Of a stretch of DNA of 64,000 nucleotides, positions 1 through 11,299 are shown one piece after another. Origin of the DNA: Sporopachydermia quercuum (Eukaryota); contig BCGN01000002.1 of NCBI GenBank assembly GCA_001599295.1, forward strand, positions 744,001 through 808,000, given 5' to 3'. The stretch's first letter is position 1. Each line of letters opens with the position of its first letter. Position numbers and translations under genes: made by a program. The notes below the pieces were generated by a model, which searched no databases, was not told where the DNA came from, and saw nothing but the letters and a program-made list of their open reading frames with translations.

Positions 1-249
1 CAATTTGGTAACTCCTTCGCCAACAGCTACTACAGTACCCACAATTTCGTGTCCAACCGCAGCTGGGGTATATGGTCTACCCCAGTTACCAGAGGCAGCA
101 TGAATATCGGAACCGCAGATACCACAGCATTCAATCTTGATATCCACATCTTCTGGCCTTTGTCCTTGAGGAGTATACTTGAACAACTTTGGATGCAGCC
201 AGTCATCAAAATCGTGGACACCAATTGCTGTAATTTCATCGACAACCAT
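1..249 (-). CDS. NADP-dependent zinc alcohol dehydrogenase (Adh6/Adh7, cinnamyl-ADH family), 5' part; runs off the window
   Basis: Not in the ORF track. Manual translation from ATG at 249: MVVDEITAIGVHDFDDWLHPKLFKYTPQGQRPEDVDIKIECCGICGSDIHAASGNWGRPYTPAAVGHEIVGTVVAVG, with CGICGSDIH and GHE zinc-ADH motifs. Confidence 0.9.
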   Translation of the reverse strand, partial: MVVDEITAIGVHDFDDWLHPKLFKYTPQGQRPEDVDIKIECCGICGSDIHAASGNWGRPYTPAAVGHEIVGTVVAVGEGVTKL

Positions 250-2749
250 TGTGAATAACCGTTTACGTAATGCTTTATAAAGCTTAAACTGTAGGTACTG
301 TTCAATCAATCGTCAATCGCCAATTGTTGTAGTTCGTGCGAATAAATACGCTCTGAATATATATATTTTTGATAGTTTACAAATAACTAGTGAAATAACT
401 GTACGAACCAAAATACATTTAACAATGAATTCAAATTCTTTAGCAGAACGACAGGGGATTACAGCTTCTTTTATAGTGCTGAGCTACTTTACTCTTTATC
501 TTTCTATAATAGGTAAACACAATCCCAACTATCTCGTACTATCGGGTTTTCGGGAGTTAAACACTGGAAGATAAGTTTTGGCCCGGACATTATGGATTTA
601 ACGCAAATAAACACCGTTTTCAAATATAAGTAATGATTCTATGGATAAAATGCTTGAAACCTCGAAGTTCGTTATAATTCATGAGGTTTCCTCGAGTTTT
701 TGTCATAGTCTTTCCACTACTTTGAATGCGAAACGAAGGAAGGAAATGAGCTGAAGTATGTTCCAATTAAAGTTGCTTATTTAGACAACTGGTTTTTTTT
801 TGAAGTTAGAGTTCCCTAACTATAATCTTTCATATCGAACCTTATACTTTTAATGAGTGAAAAGTTGATTCAACATTTTTAAACAGATATTCAATGGAGG
901 ATTGATGTGTATTCAAGCTGCGTCGTTTTTGACAGGATGATCATATTACATCTTACTGTTTATAATTTGAATGGAACTTAGAGCGTAGGATGTTTTCACG
1001 GAAGGGTGCAACAACAGGATAACTTGTTTGATGATTTATCTTGACTTATCTTACCGGAGAAGTTGGAATTTAAGCGACAAAAGCCGAGGAGATCGGTAAT
1101 ACATAATGACTCTTGACTTTCTTAGTAATAATTACTATTATTTAAACTTTATGTAGATCTTATTGAAAATATTTACTCTGATAATTTTCTATTAGAAATT
1201 GAGATTTTAATAGATTTATTTGAACGTTTCAAAGCCTGTCTCGGGTGTTACTTTGAAAAAGTAGAGGCAATAAATTGGTTTCTTAGTAATCAATCCTTAT
1301 TAAGGTTAAGAATAAAGAGACAACTTAAAAATGATAGGGTTTCAGTAATGTTCGCCGACTGTGAGAATTACCACGAGTATCAGTAATATAAGTAATAAAT
1401 GAATAGCTCAAGATAAAATGAAAAAAAGGCAGTGTTTTGACTTGCAATTCTGAGATATTTGTTATTTCAATAAATTTAAAGAAACCCTTTTGAAACTCTT
1501 CCAATGAAGTCTTCCTGGAAAGTACTGGATCCGGATTGATGTCAAATTAAGTTACCGAGACCCATTATGGAAGAAAGAGATGCACAATGATGCAGGGCAT
1601 TGAATAACGTTTGGATAACGTTTGAATATCTCTTCGGTAGATATTTTCTTACAACATTTTGTTATTCCATTATATAGCAAATTGAGTACTATCATCAGTA
1701 GATTTCCATTTAGCAAGAAGGAAAAGATTGATTTTNTGCCATATGGATCAATTTTTTTATTTACATCTTCAGCTGTTACCTTAGCGGAAATAAGGGAGAT
1801 TAGTTTGAATTCATCTCATCTGCTCATCTCTTCTATGCTGAAGCCTCGACTAACTTTAATATTCATGTTATTCCCGATTTGTATACCTTATTCAGTAACA
1901 GCAGAGAGAGCCACCAACCCAATTGAAGGTACGATGAGAATAGTGGATCAAGTAAAATTGTATTAAACTCTCAAGAATATATAGTTATGATGTAATGGGA
2001 GATAGGCTCTAAAATTTGGGACAAAATAAGGATTATAGTGCTTTTTGAGAGAACTTCTGTTCCGAACTAAAAAAAGGTGATATATCTAATATGTAGAATC
2101 AAAAATTGTCATGGGATTGCAGGATTCTTGCCAAAGTCAAGTGTTATGACTTCAGTGGACGTAATGCATAGAAGCTTCACACATTCTTATTTCAACCGAA
2201 GAGAAAAAAGGCATAATGACTAGGTCTCTGTTTATNAAACATAAGGGTAAACTATCTTGTCAGTGATGTCGTGAATGGAGCACCAGTTTCTTTCCTCTCT
2301 TTCTTGGAATTCAGAGGAGCTTGCTGAGAAAACACACTGGCACATGACACCATACGGTGGTAGTAAATTTTCAGGGTAGAACAGAACGCTAATAGCACCC
2401 AGCCGGCATTATAAAAATAATAGATAATAACTGTTACTCAAAATATGTATGTTCTTTCACGTAGCACCTTTTTTGTTCCACCGATCTAATATCCATTGTC
2501 ATTCCACCAGGGTGATATGGCGATATGACATGGTGTGGTATGACTCCCACGACTCATTGCATCCTACCAGAATCTATACTCAATAAACCAATACCTTCAC
2601 ATTAAACCTGCTTAGCCTACTTATTCGTTTGCAGATAAATATATTCTATTTTGCAAGAAGAGTAATAAACAGTTATNTAATTGATATCCTTCATATATTT
2701 ATTTGCGACTTCATCACCAGCTACCCTTGCAGGCGTTCACGCTATCCAG

Positions 2750-2776
2750 CACGTGACTTTACTNNATGTCACGTGA
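2750..2776. promoter_or_regulatory. Pair of Cbf1-type E-boxes upstream of HDA2
   Basis: CACGTGAC at 2750-2757 and GTCACGTGA at 2768-2776, about 500 bp upstream of the HDA2 ATG. Confidence 0.5.
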
Positions 2777-3264
2777 TATTATTGTATCATTTCCGAAAGA
2801 CGTTATGGAAGACATTAGCGGAACAATTTGCCAGTCCGGGCGGGGCACATCTATCCCGTAGGGCTTTTGTTACTCTCTTCCTATCTATCGAGCTGATGTG
2901 AAAGCTACCTGTCGTTTCTTACTTGTGAAAGCAAACATTCAGGGTGAGCTATTTGATAGCCGTTCTTATAAATTATCGAGATATTAGTCGCTGTTGCTGG
3001 CTATTGGCTTATCTTCTTCTATTCTTTTAGGTATCCATATCTAAGTCCAGTACAAACTATTTTTCTCAGGATACGGGGAAAACCATATCAAAAAATCAAT
3101 TGAGAAGCAGAAAATAGGTTAACTCTGATTATCTAGAATTTATCGATTTTTACTTCATTTTTTTGAAAGCTGATACTTTAACGGGTACTTCTTTTGTTAT
3201 TAATAATCGATCAGACAATTGCACTACAAGCACTACATGCAATCAATAACTCAAACATAGCAAA

Positions 3265-5655
3265 ATGGAACTGAATAGTCTGGTGGTTCCTCAAAACAAT
3301 GAGATGGGCTTAGAATCAATGAACGAACTTGAATTATTAGCAGAGATTGGACCAAATGCTTCATCAAACGGCAATTTCAGCAATCTGCCCCATACAAACA
3401 TCATCAACATGGATGCCAATCCTATCCTGTACCTACCAGTTAAGCTAACTGACACTCAGAAAGAACTGATAAATTGTCTGTTATCAATACATCGTCGTAC
3501 ACTATTGAAAACTCTTAGTTCAGTTCCTAGTACGAATTTGCTTGATGCAAATGATACATCTGAGGTTTTACCTGCTCATTCATTAGAATCATTAGAGCAT
3601 AGAATGGAAATGATTGATGCTGGTGATGATGATGAAGCTTTCTTTTCTGAAAGACTCCATAAAGAAGACATTTTGGATTTATTAGACCAGGGCTTAAGGT
3701 CAATTGCTACACATCCTTACTTATTTGTTGATCATTATATGCCTAAGAATCTTCTTTTGAAAGAACCTCCAGAAATGCTAGCTAAACCTAGTGGTAAATT
3801 CCTCATGTATAGGGACATTTTAATATGGGCTCAAGAGTATAGGCTTGAAATTGCAGTGGTAGCAAGAGGAATCAAAGAATTAGACCTTATTGAAGGCTTC
3901 ACTCTTGGGAAATTGGTGAACATAAAACGTTACACTGGTTCCTCTTTATTTCATAAATCAGTCAATCCTGTTCATTCTACTCTTCATAATACATCTAGTA
4001 GTATCAATTTAAGCTCTACTGGTGGTCATTCAAGGGGATCAAAATCCTCTAAAAGAAAGAAGACGAATCGTCAATCAAAATCCCGCAGAATTCATGATTC
4101 NAGCGATTATGAACCGAAGATTCATCCTAAAAGGCATAGCAAGATTCAACACGGTACTGAGGGTGAAGATATGAAACANGAGCATCCTTGTACAGTTCAT
4201 TTATTATCAGTATCACAATTCACTACATCTTTTACTCCAGACGTAAATTTCGACCTAACAATCTCTTTTGATTCTTATTTGGACTCATCAGAAATACCTA
4301 GAAGTTTAATTAGAAGGAATAATAAAGGATTTCCTACTCCAATCATCAGGTTAACACCTTTGAATTCAATTGATCATGCCCTATTTTCTATGGCTCATGA
4401 AAACAAAGATGTCACCAATAAACGTCAACAAGCGATTCTCAACAGCATAATAGCTTTAAATGAAGCAGATGATTCTGGTGACGATTATGCTAAAATCCTT
4501 AGCAGTTTCCCTAAATGGTGTGCCAGCTTGAAATCAGAACCCGTCGATTGGATCACTTCTCTTCCACTACTAAAACAATCATCATTGAATGATTTGGAGT
4601 CTCTTTTAGAAAGATCGGGAGCCTCTCGAATAATCTCCTCACCTTTCAGTCCTATTCCTTCTACACCGTTACCAGCTGATGACCTATCATTAGATGGAAA
4701 GCAAGAAATCCGTAACGATGAAGAAGAACCATTAATAAAACGGTTGAAATCAGAAAGAAGATTACTAGAAGAAAACTCAAGAAGCCTCGACTCTTCCTTG
4801 TCGGCTTCTTCTTCCTTTATTGAATTATCAATGGGAATGAATGGCCAGAATCCTTTGAAATCTCTTAAAGATTATAAAGTAGCTCTAACAAAAGCTGTTA
4901 GAGGCCGTGTATTAGAAATCCAAATAATGAATAGCGATAGCAATACATTTGATGAATTGAGACAAGATGAAACAACCCGGCAAGGAGAAATAGATGGTAT
5001 TTTCGAATCCATGAAACCACTGTTTCACGAATGGAAGAAGCTCGATGAAGACGTTGCTATCCTGGAAAACGTGACTGAACGAAAAGCAGCAGAAGAGCTG
5101 AAATCAAAAGAAGAACTTGATGAGCTCGAGAGGATGTTGAGCGAACTGCAAGAAGGTTTTGATGCGACTGAGAAAGGTGATAAGGAGAAACTGAAGCAGC
5201 TGACTGAAGAAAGTAATGCTGGTATCAAACAGTATCACACCGAGACCGAGGTGCTAGAGAAAGCATTAGAAGATATTACCAAGGGTAATGATAAGTTAAG
5301 AGTGACTTATCAAACAGCAACGAACTCAGCAGCGGGGAAAGTGTTGGAAGTGACATCTTTAAGGAATGATCTAGAGAAATTGATCAAGGAAAATATTGAA
5401 TTGCCATATCAATTGAGGCAACTGGGTTGGAAAGAGGAGAAGGAAAGCAAAGAATCGGAGATTAGATCGATACAATCTACAATCAAGCTATTGCAGAGTC
5501 ATTCAACTATAACAAGTCTTGTTTTGAAAGAGAAGATGCAGAACCAATCAGGAAGAACAAGTAGAGCTCGTGACAGAGATAGAGATAGAAGTAATACGCC
5601 TTTCAAGTATGGAAGAAAAGGGAAGTCACGCTCAGAATCGCCGAACCCTTACTAG
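3265..5655 (+). CDS. HDA2: HDA1 histone deacetylase complex subunit (Hda2/Hda3 family, Hda2-like)
   Basis: 796 aa. Contains YLPVKLTDTQKEL, ATHPYLFVDHYMPK, SGKF and ARGIKELDLIEGFTLGK motifs, then a long C-terminal coiled coil. Confidence 0.8.
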   Translation: MELNSLVVPQNNEMGLESMNELELLAEIGPNASSNGNFSNLPHTNIINMDANPILYLPVKLTDTQKELINCLLSIHRRTLLKTLSSVPSTNLLDANDTSEVLPAHSLESLEHRMEMIDAGDDDEAFFSERLHKEDILDLLDQGLRSIATHPYLFVDHYMPKNLLLKEPPEMLAKPSGKFLMYRDILIWAQEYRLEIAVVARGIKELDLIEGFTLGKLVNIKRYTGSSLFHKSVNPVHSTLHNTSSSINLSSTGGHSRGSKSSKRKKTNRQSKSRRIHDXSDYEPKIHPKRHSKIQHGTEGEDMKXEHPCTVHLLSVSQFTTSFTPDVNFDLTISFDSYLDSSEIPRSLIRRNNKGFPTPIIRLTPLNSIDHALFSMAHENKDVTNKRQQAILNSIIALNEADDSGDDYAKILSSFPKWCASLKSEPVDWITSLPLLKQSSLNDLESLLERSGASRIISSPFSPIPSTPLPADDLSLDGKQEIRNDEEEPLIKRLKSERRLLEENSRSLDSSLSASSSFIELSMGMNGQNPLKSLKDYKVALTKAVRGRVLEIQIMNSDSNTFDELRQDETTRQGEIDGIFESMKPLFHEWKKLDEDVAILENVTERKAAEELKSKEELDELERMLSELQEGFDATEKGDKEKLKQLTEESNAGIKQYHTETEVLEKALEDITKGNDKLRVTYQTATNSAAGKVLEVTSLRNDLEKLIKENIELPYQLRQLGWKEEKESKESEIRSIQSTIKLLQSHSTITSLVLKEKMQNQSGRTSRARDRDRDRSNTPFKYGRKGKSRSESPNPY

Positions 5656-5881
5656 TTGGCAGAAACATGTGGAATGGCTCTAATTTTGCATGTCAATGAA
5701 TAAATGGATGTATTGATATGTTTATGGTAATAGAAATAGTAATAGTAATGATGACAATAGTGAAAGCTTTTATTATATGGACTAATTATCATATNAATTA
5801 AACCGCTTTTTGTACTATTAAACCTATCTGCTAGAACTGGTCTCTGTCAATCCAGTGAAATATATACAACCGTTAAACCAT

Positions 5882-8395
5882 CTATGCAAACTGAGATTGA
5901 TTCAGGACATACTCCAATACTGAACTTCCTTCTAATAAATCATCAACACGAGAATAATGTCTTTGAGAGTAGGCAAGCATTGGTTCAATCAGCTTCATTG
6001 CGCCTGGTACTGCTAGTAAATCATCAATACTGAAGAACGTCAATAAAGCATAGATTAGCCTTTGAGCAACAACAAACGTCCTATTATTAGTATTCCAATC
6101 ACGAATACGTTTCAATAATAACGCCAGTTGCTCTTGCTGTAGTTCCTTGATAACTTCGTCAACATNNTTTTGACCTAATAGGCTTCCTGGATCCTGAGGT
6201 CCAGTTATAACTTCTTTGAATATATTGTATAATCGTAAAGGGTGATTCAGAGTCATTGCTAATAAAATGGCATTCTTCCAATCCCGCTTAACTAAGTAAT
6301 TCTCTAAAGATTGCTCCTGTTCTACTTCTTTCGCCCGTTGTTCGGCCTCTTTTGCTCTTTGCTCAGCTGTAACATCTTCCCATAGGGTAATAATACCATC
6401 GCCACCTCCAGATACAAGAAATTCATCGTCTGGTCTCGTAGTCAATGACCATACTTTATCCTCGTGGTTATCTAACGAAGTAGAACATTCCCCCGTTTGA
6501 ATATCCCATACTTTTACTAAGCCATCACCACCAGCACTTGCTACTTGTGAACCATGCGATAAAAAACTCACTTTTAAGACAGAATTTGTATGTCCTTCAA
6601 ATGTTTTCAAGCATGTGTAATCGTTTAAACTCCATAGTCTTACTGTTTTATCGCTACTACCAGTTGCTAGAACTTTATCATAATGAGAAAATCTAACAGA
6701 CCAAACTCCTCTTTTATGACCTTTCAGTATACCAACAACCTGACCAGAATCTGTATCCCATAGTTTTACTGTTTTATCTTGACTTGCTGTAGCAAACAGT
6801 TCATCGTTTGGTGCTACATCAATAGCATTAATATCTTTATCGTGAGCTTTTCTTGTATATAACGCAGTATGAACTTCTGCTATAGTTCCCTCGGGAATTT
6901 CTTTTGGAACAGCCCATCGTTTCACAGTGAGATCTTGTGAGCATGTTATAATGAATTTTGGTTTATTACCATAAAATGATGTCGATGAGATTTCACTATT
7001 TGTTCTTGGAACACCAACAGCTCCTACTGAAGCTGTATGACCAATAAATCTTGCATGACAGTCAAAAGTGTTAGTTGAATCATTGAAACTCCATAATCTT
7101 GCCTCGTTATCTTTGGAAACAGTAGCCATCCATTTACCATCATATGATATATCCATAGCAATAACAATGTCTTTATGTCCAGGCAAAAAACTACAGTCTA
7201 AGCCATTGGACCTAAGATCAATAACTCGTACTTCAGGAGAATTAGTTGAAAGGGCTAGAAAGTTCTTATTATCGCCACAGTAAACCAAATCAATAATTTC
7301 AGAATGATAACCCGTAAGAGTTCTAGTAATTTTGAGTTCTTGTTGAGCAATGATATCAAGATTAATCTCATTAACACCTAATTGCCAAAATGACTGATCC
7401 GAAAGCACGGCCAAATAAGTACCTGGAGCAGCAGATTCAATGCTCAATATACCAACTTCTTCTGTCGTATCTAATGTTGGTTTCGTAGCTGCTAATTTCT
7501 TACCGACTAGTATATCCCAAAGATAAATTTCACATTTCTCACCACCACATATAACTACCTGGTCTCTCATTTTCGGTATCAATTGAACAAATTGCAAGGA
7601 CTCGATTGAATCTAACGTTGGGATGGTTCTTTTCAGTTTGTATGTATGTAAATCCCAGACATTTATAATTTTATCTCTACCGCTTGATACTAAAATTGAG
7701 CCATCAGTAGAAAAATCTAAAGCTCTTACTACGCNTGAATGTCCATCGAGAGATTTGATAAGCTTCCTTCTAACTAAATCATGGATTTTCACTGTCGAGT
7801 CGACACCACCTGTTGCCAAATGCCACTTAGACGATCCCTGAGAACCAAAGAACTTCAATGCACTAACGATTCCATCATGTCCTTTCAAATTATGAGTAGT
7901 GAATCCACCACCAATGTCCCATACTTTGACAGTACCATCAGCAGCACCTGTTGCAACTAAACTGGATGTTGGATCAATTTCTACCACTAATACTGGACTT
8001 TCATGGGCTTTCACATTACGCTTTAATGTATAAACATGTAATTTATCTTCTGTATCATCGTTATCATCAATATCAATATCATCATCATCATTAGTTGTCG
8101 TTATTTTCGATTCCACTGCTTCACTAGATATTTGGTATATCTTCATTTGAAAAGATCTAGAACATGTTACCAAATATTCACCATTTGGTGATAATTTCAG
8201 ACATGTCAAAGGCTCGCCATCGCCTTCAAACTTGGCAACTCTTTGTCCTGTTTGATAGTTAAGTAAATATGCAATATCTCCCACTGTTGTTGCTAAATAT
8301 GGTGAACCACTAATCACTGATAATGATGCTGATCCACCAGTATAGCATGGCTCGATGCTATGGGCTTTAAATGACGTCTTAACTAAAGCTGTCAT
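5882..8395 (-). CDS. UTP13: U3 snoRNP/SSU processome WD40 protein Utp13
   Basis: Starts LKTSF-like (MTALVKTSFKAHSIEPCYTGG), has many WD40 repeats and a C-terminal Utp13 domain (RIRDWNTN, YSQRHYSRVDDL). ATG at 8395 rather than the GTG at 8401. Confidence 0.93.
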   Translation of the reverse strand: MTALVKTSFKAHSIEPCYTGGSASLSVISGSPYLATTVGDIAYLLNYQTGQRVAKFEGDGEPLTCLKLSPNGEYLVTCSRSFQMKIYQISSEAVESKITTTNDDDDIDIDDNDDTEDKLHVYTLKRNVKAHESPVLVVEIDPTSSLVATGAADGTVKVWDIGGGFTTHNLKGHDGIVSALKFFGSQGSSKWHLATGGVDSTVKIHDLVRRKLIKSLDGHSXVVRALDFSTDGSILVSSGRDKIINVWDLHTYKLKRTIPTLDSIESLQFVQLIPKMRDQVVICGGEKCEIYLWDILVGKKLAATKPTLDTTEEVGILSIESAAPGTYLAVLSDQSFWQLGVNEINLDIIAQQELKITRTLTGYHSEIIDLVYCGDNKNFLALSTNSPEVRVIDLRSNGLDCSFLPGHKDIVIAMDISYDGKWMATVSKDNEARLWSFNDSTNTFDCHARFIGHTASVGAVGVPRTNSEISSTSFYGNKPKFIITCSQDLTVKRWAVPKEIPEGTIAEVHTALYTRKAHDKDINAIDVAPNDELFATASQDKTVKLWDTDSGQVVGILKGHKRGVWSVRFSHYDKVLATGSSDKTVRLWSLNDYTCLKTFEGHTNSVLKVSFLSHGSQVASAGGDGLVKVWDIQTGECSTSLDNHEDKVWSLTTRPDDEFLVSGGGDGIITLWEDVTAEQRAKEAEQRAKEVEQEQSLENYLVKRDWKNAILLAMTLNHPLRLYNIFKEVITGPQDPGSLLGQXXVDEVIKELQQEQLALLLKRIRDWNTNNRTFVVAQRLIYALLTFFSIDDLLAVPGAMKLIEPMLAYSQRHYSRVDDLLEGSSVLEYVLNQSQFA

Positions 8396-9279
8396 TCTCA
8401 CTCTTTACCTAATATCAGCATCTAACCTATTTGCTACCAACTGATACCATCTTCTTTATAATATCAATAACAAATTCACTCTATTATTATATCATTAATC
8501 TATCATCAATAGTAGAAGGAGCTCTTCCCAGCTTACAAATTTTTTTCTTCACATGAACATCAAAACTCCTTTCAGTGCGAAACCATTTCTTTATAATCAA
8601 TCTTGAGAACCTCCCATTTGATCATGTGACACTCTAGATTGAATAGCGGAAACTATAAGCGGTTTTAACCTTCGGAAACAATGAAATATCATAATTCCCG
8701 TAACTTCCGATTCTGTTTCCTTCCACCAAAAACCTTAAAAGAGGAAATGCTCATCATCTATGCTTTAAAGGTACTGCTTTGTACTATTATAAATGAGCAG
8801 TCGTTGTTGGAGAGCTCGAGAGTTGTTGGAAAAGAAGTGCTCTATAGTTGGTTAAATTATGGTTGAAACCTAATGGAAATATTCAGTCGTTACTGGTGAT
8901 CAGACCAATACGAAATAGGTACTTTTTTGATGATTGCTAAAGAGAGTCTGAAGTAGCTTGCAGCTAACTTTGTATGGATGCAATTGAATACCTACTACTG
9001 AATTTTGATTGGTCATCTTTATTAAAGGAGACAAAGGTCAAGAAAAGAATAAAGCTACTATTCGGCTAACATCTTGAAGCCAAGAGTCGTTATTGGGAGT
9101 GAAGACTGGTATTTGGTTTTTGAATGTTAAAGAAAAGTTGAGATCAACTCACCCTTGGTTTGTTCAGCATTTGGTGGGCAGGTAAAAACATTCTTACTTT
9201 TTATAAGCAACGGTGATGGTGATAGAAATGGTAATGGGTTTATAAACACACAACTCAATCAAGTGCAATATATCTCAAA

Positions 9280-10986
9280 ATGACACTGAAAAGCTTCTTG
9301 AATATTGAACAGCTGCAGGATCTTTATTCTGTCTACGTTGCAGACGACTATAAGGAGATCATCCTTGTGCTATTGGAACGGACAAAAAATTATTATACAA
9401 ATGCATCGACATTTGAGCTTCTGAGAGATGTAGTATTCTATACATGGCTTTTGGAAATCCTAGCAGCTCTTTACACATATTTCAGAGGCTACGGAATCAT
9501 TGGTGGAACCAAACAATTAAATCGTAAATTCAGTAAAGCGTTATTTGGATTCTTTCTCTCTTTACCTATTATTAGGGATAAAGTTGAGAAAGAAGTAAAG
9601 GATAACCTAGCAAAAGTTGAAGCCACTGTTATCATTACTGATGACAGATTAGCCAAAATACCTGAATTGCCACAACATGGGTGGTCTGATGATGAAGTTT
9701 TGGAAGAATTAAACAAACACACTCAAATCAAACATAGCAACTGGAAGGAAGGAAGAGTTTCTGGGGCTGTGTATCATGGTGGTAAAGAGATCATTAGTCT
9801 CCAGGCCAAAGCATTTGAGATTTTCTGTGTTGCTAATCAATTGCATCCAGATGTTTTCCCTGGTGTACGTAAAATGGAATCTGAAGTTGTGAGTATGACT
9901 CTAAGACTGTTTAATGCTCCTGAGACCGGTTGTGGTACTAGTACAAGTGGGGGAACCGAAAGTTTACTATTGGCTTGTTTGGCTGCTAAAGTTTATGGCT
10001 ATAGAAANAAAGGTATTAAGAAGCCTGAGATTATTATTCCCGAAACTGCCCATGCTGGATTTGATAAAGCTGCTTATTATTTCAATATCAAACTACATCA
10101 TGCCCCTTTGGATCCTAAAACAATGAAAGTTGATTTGAAAGCTGTGAAATCATTAATCAACTCCAACACAATTCTACTTGCTGGTTCTTCTCCTAATTTC
10201 CCTCATGGTATTATTGATGATATTGAAGGATTGAGCAAATTGGCACTTAAATACAACATCCCATTGCATGTTGATGCCTGCTTAGGTTCTTTCATTGTCC
10301 CATTCTTGGAAAAAGCAGGCTTTGGGAACCCAAGTTTTGATTTCCGTGTTCCCGGTGTGACTTCTATTTCATGCGATACTCATAAGTACGGATTTGCTCC
10401 AAAGGGTAGCTCTGTTATAATGTATCGTCATGAGGAATTACGGGCATGCCAATACTATGTTTCTACTGATTGGACTGGCGGTATATATGGATCACCAACA
10501 CTTGCTGGATCCCGTCCTGGAGCCTTAATGGTTGGTTGCTGGGCCACTATGATCAGAATTGGTTATGATGGGTATTTAGAATCTTGTAAGCAAATCGTTG
10601 GTGCTGCCAGAAAGTTCAAAAAAGTCATTCAGGATGAGATTGATGAGTTGTATGTTTTAGGGGACCCAATTGGTTCTGTCATTTCGTTCTCTTCCGATAC
10701 AATTGATGTCTATCATTTAACTGACATTATGGGAAAGAAAGGATGGCACTTGAATGCATTGCAAAAGCCACCAGCAATCCACGTGGCTTTCACAAGACCA
10801 GTTGCTACTGCTGCTGATGATCTGATCCGAGATTTGAAGCAATCGGTTAAAGAGATCTCTGGCTTAGGCCCTACTAAGAGTGACACTTCTGTTTTATATG
10901 GTGTTGCTGGTAGTGTTAAATCAGGTGATGTTGTAGATCGGTTGGTAGTAGGATTCTTAGATAGTTTATACAAGTACGCAGAGTGA
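9280..10986 (+). CDS. DPL1: Sphinganine-1-phosphate lyase
   Basis: GRVSGAVYHGG, NQLHPDVFPGVRKME, TSGGTES, HVDACLG and the PLP-lysine motif SCDTHKYGFAPKGSS. Confidence 0.95.
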   Translation: MTLKSFLNIEQLQDLYSVYVADDYKEIILVLLERTKNYYTNASTFELLRDVVFYTWLLEILAALYTYFRGYGIIGGTKQLNRKFSKALFGFFLSLPIIRDKVEKEVKDNLAKVEATVIITDDRLAKIPELPQHGWSDDEVLEELNKHTQIKHSNWKEGRVSGAVYHGGKEIISLQAKAFEIFCVANQLHPDVFPGVRKMESEVVSMTLRLFNAPETGCGTSTSGGTESLLLACLAAKVYGYRXKGIKKPEIIIPETAHAGFDKAAYYFNIKLHHAPLDPKTMKVDLKAVKSLINSNTILLAGSSPNFPHGIIDDIEGLSKLALKYNIPLHVDACLGSFIVPFLEKAGFGNPSFDFRVPGVTSISCDTHKYGFAPKGSSVIMYRHEELRACQYYVSTDWTGGIYGSPTLAGSRPGALMVGCWATMIRIGYDGYLESCKQIVGAARKFKKVIQDEIDELYVLGDPIGSVISFSSDTIDVYHLTDIMGKKGWHLNALQKPPAIHVAFTRPVATAADDLIRDLKQSVKEISGLGPTKSDTSVLYGVAGSVKSGDVVDRLVVGFLDSLYKYAE

Positions 10987-11299
10987 TCTGGTTGGTTGAA
11001 TTTGTTATCTATCACTCGTTCTCGTTATAGTACATATAAATATAGAAAAAATAATGATGGGACATTCAATCTAAGTGTACATCTAAAAAATGATTGATAA
11101 CCAATACAAATGATATATTATAAGAAATTACCTATATGATATAAGAAAATGATAATGATGTGATAATCTCTAATGATTTGATTAGATATTTTTCATAAAC
11201 AAGAATANAAAAGAGGATGAATGTATATATATGATTGAGAATCATTATTGATTTATATACGACGGGACCAGGAAACGAAATAACCGTAGATAAAATGCT

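Noticed and set aside
30..305. ORF-track 91-aa (-) and 69-aa (+) ORFs
   Set aside because: They are shadows of the real ADH6/7-like frame at 1-249 on the minus strand.
1622..1966. 114-aa plus-strand ORF
   Set aside because: TTG start and no recognisable motif; composition looks like an antisense shadow.
2750..2776. GTCACGTG as CDEI of a point centromere
   Set aside because: No very AT-rich CDEII and CDEIII follow, and the same motif occurs in many promoters here.
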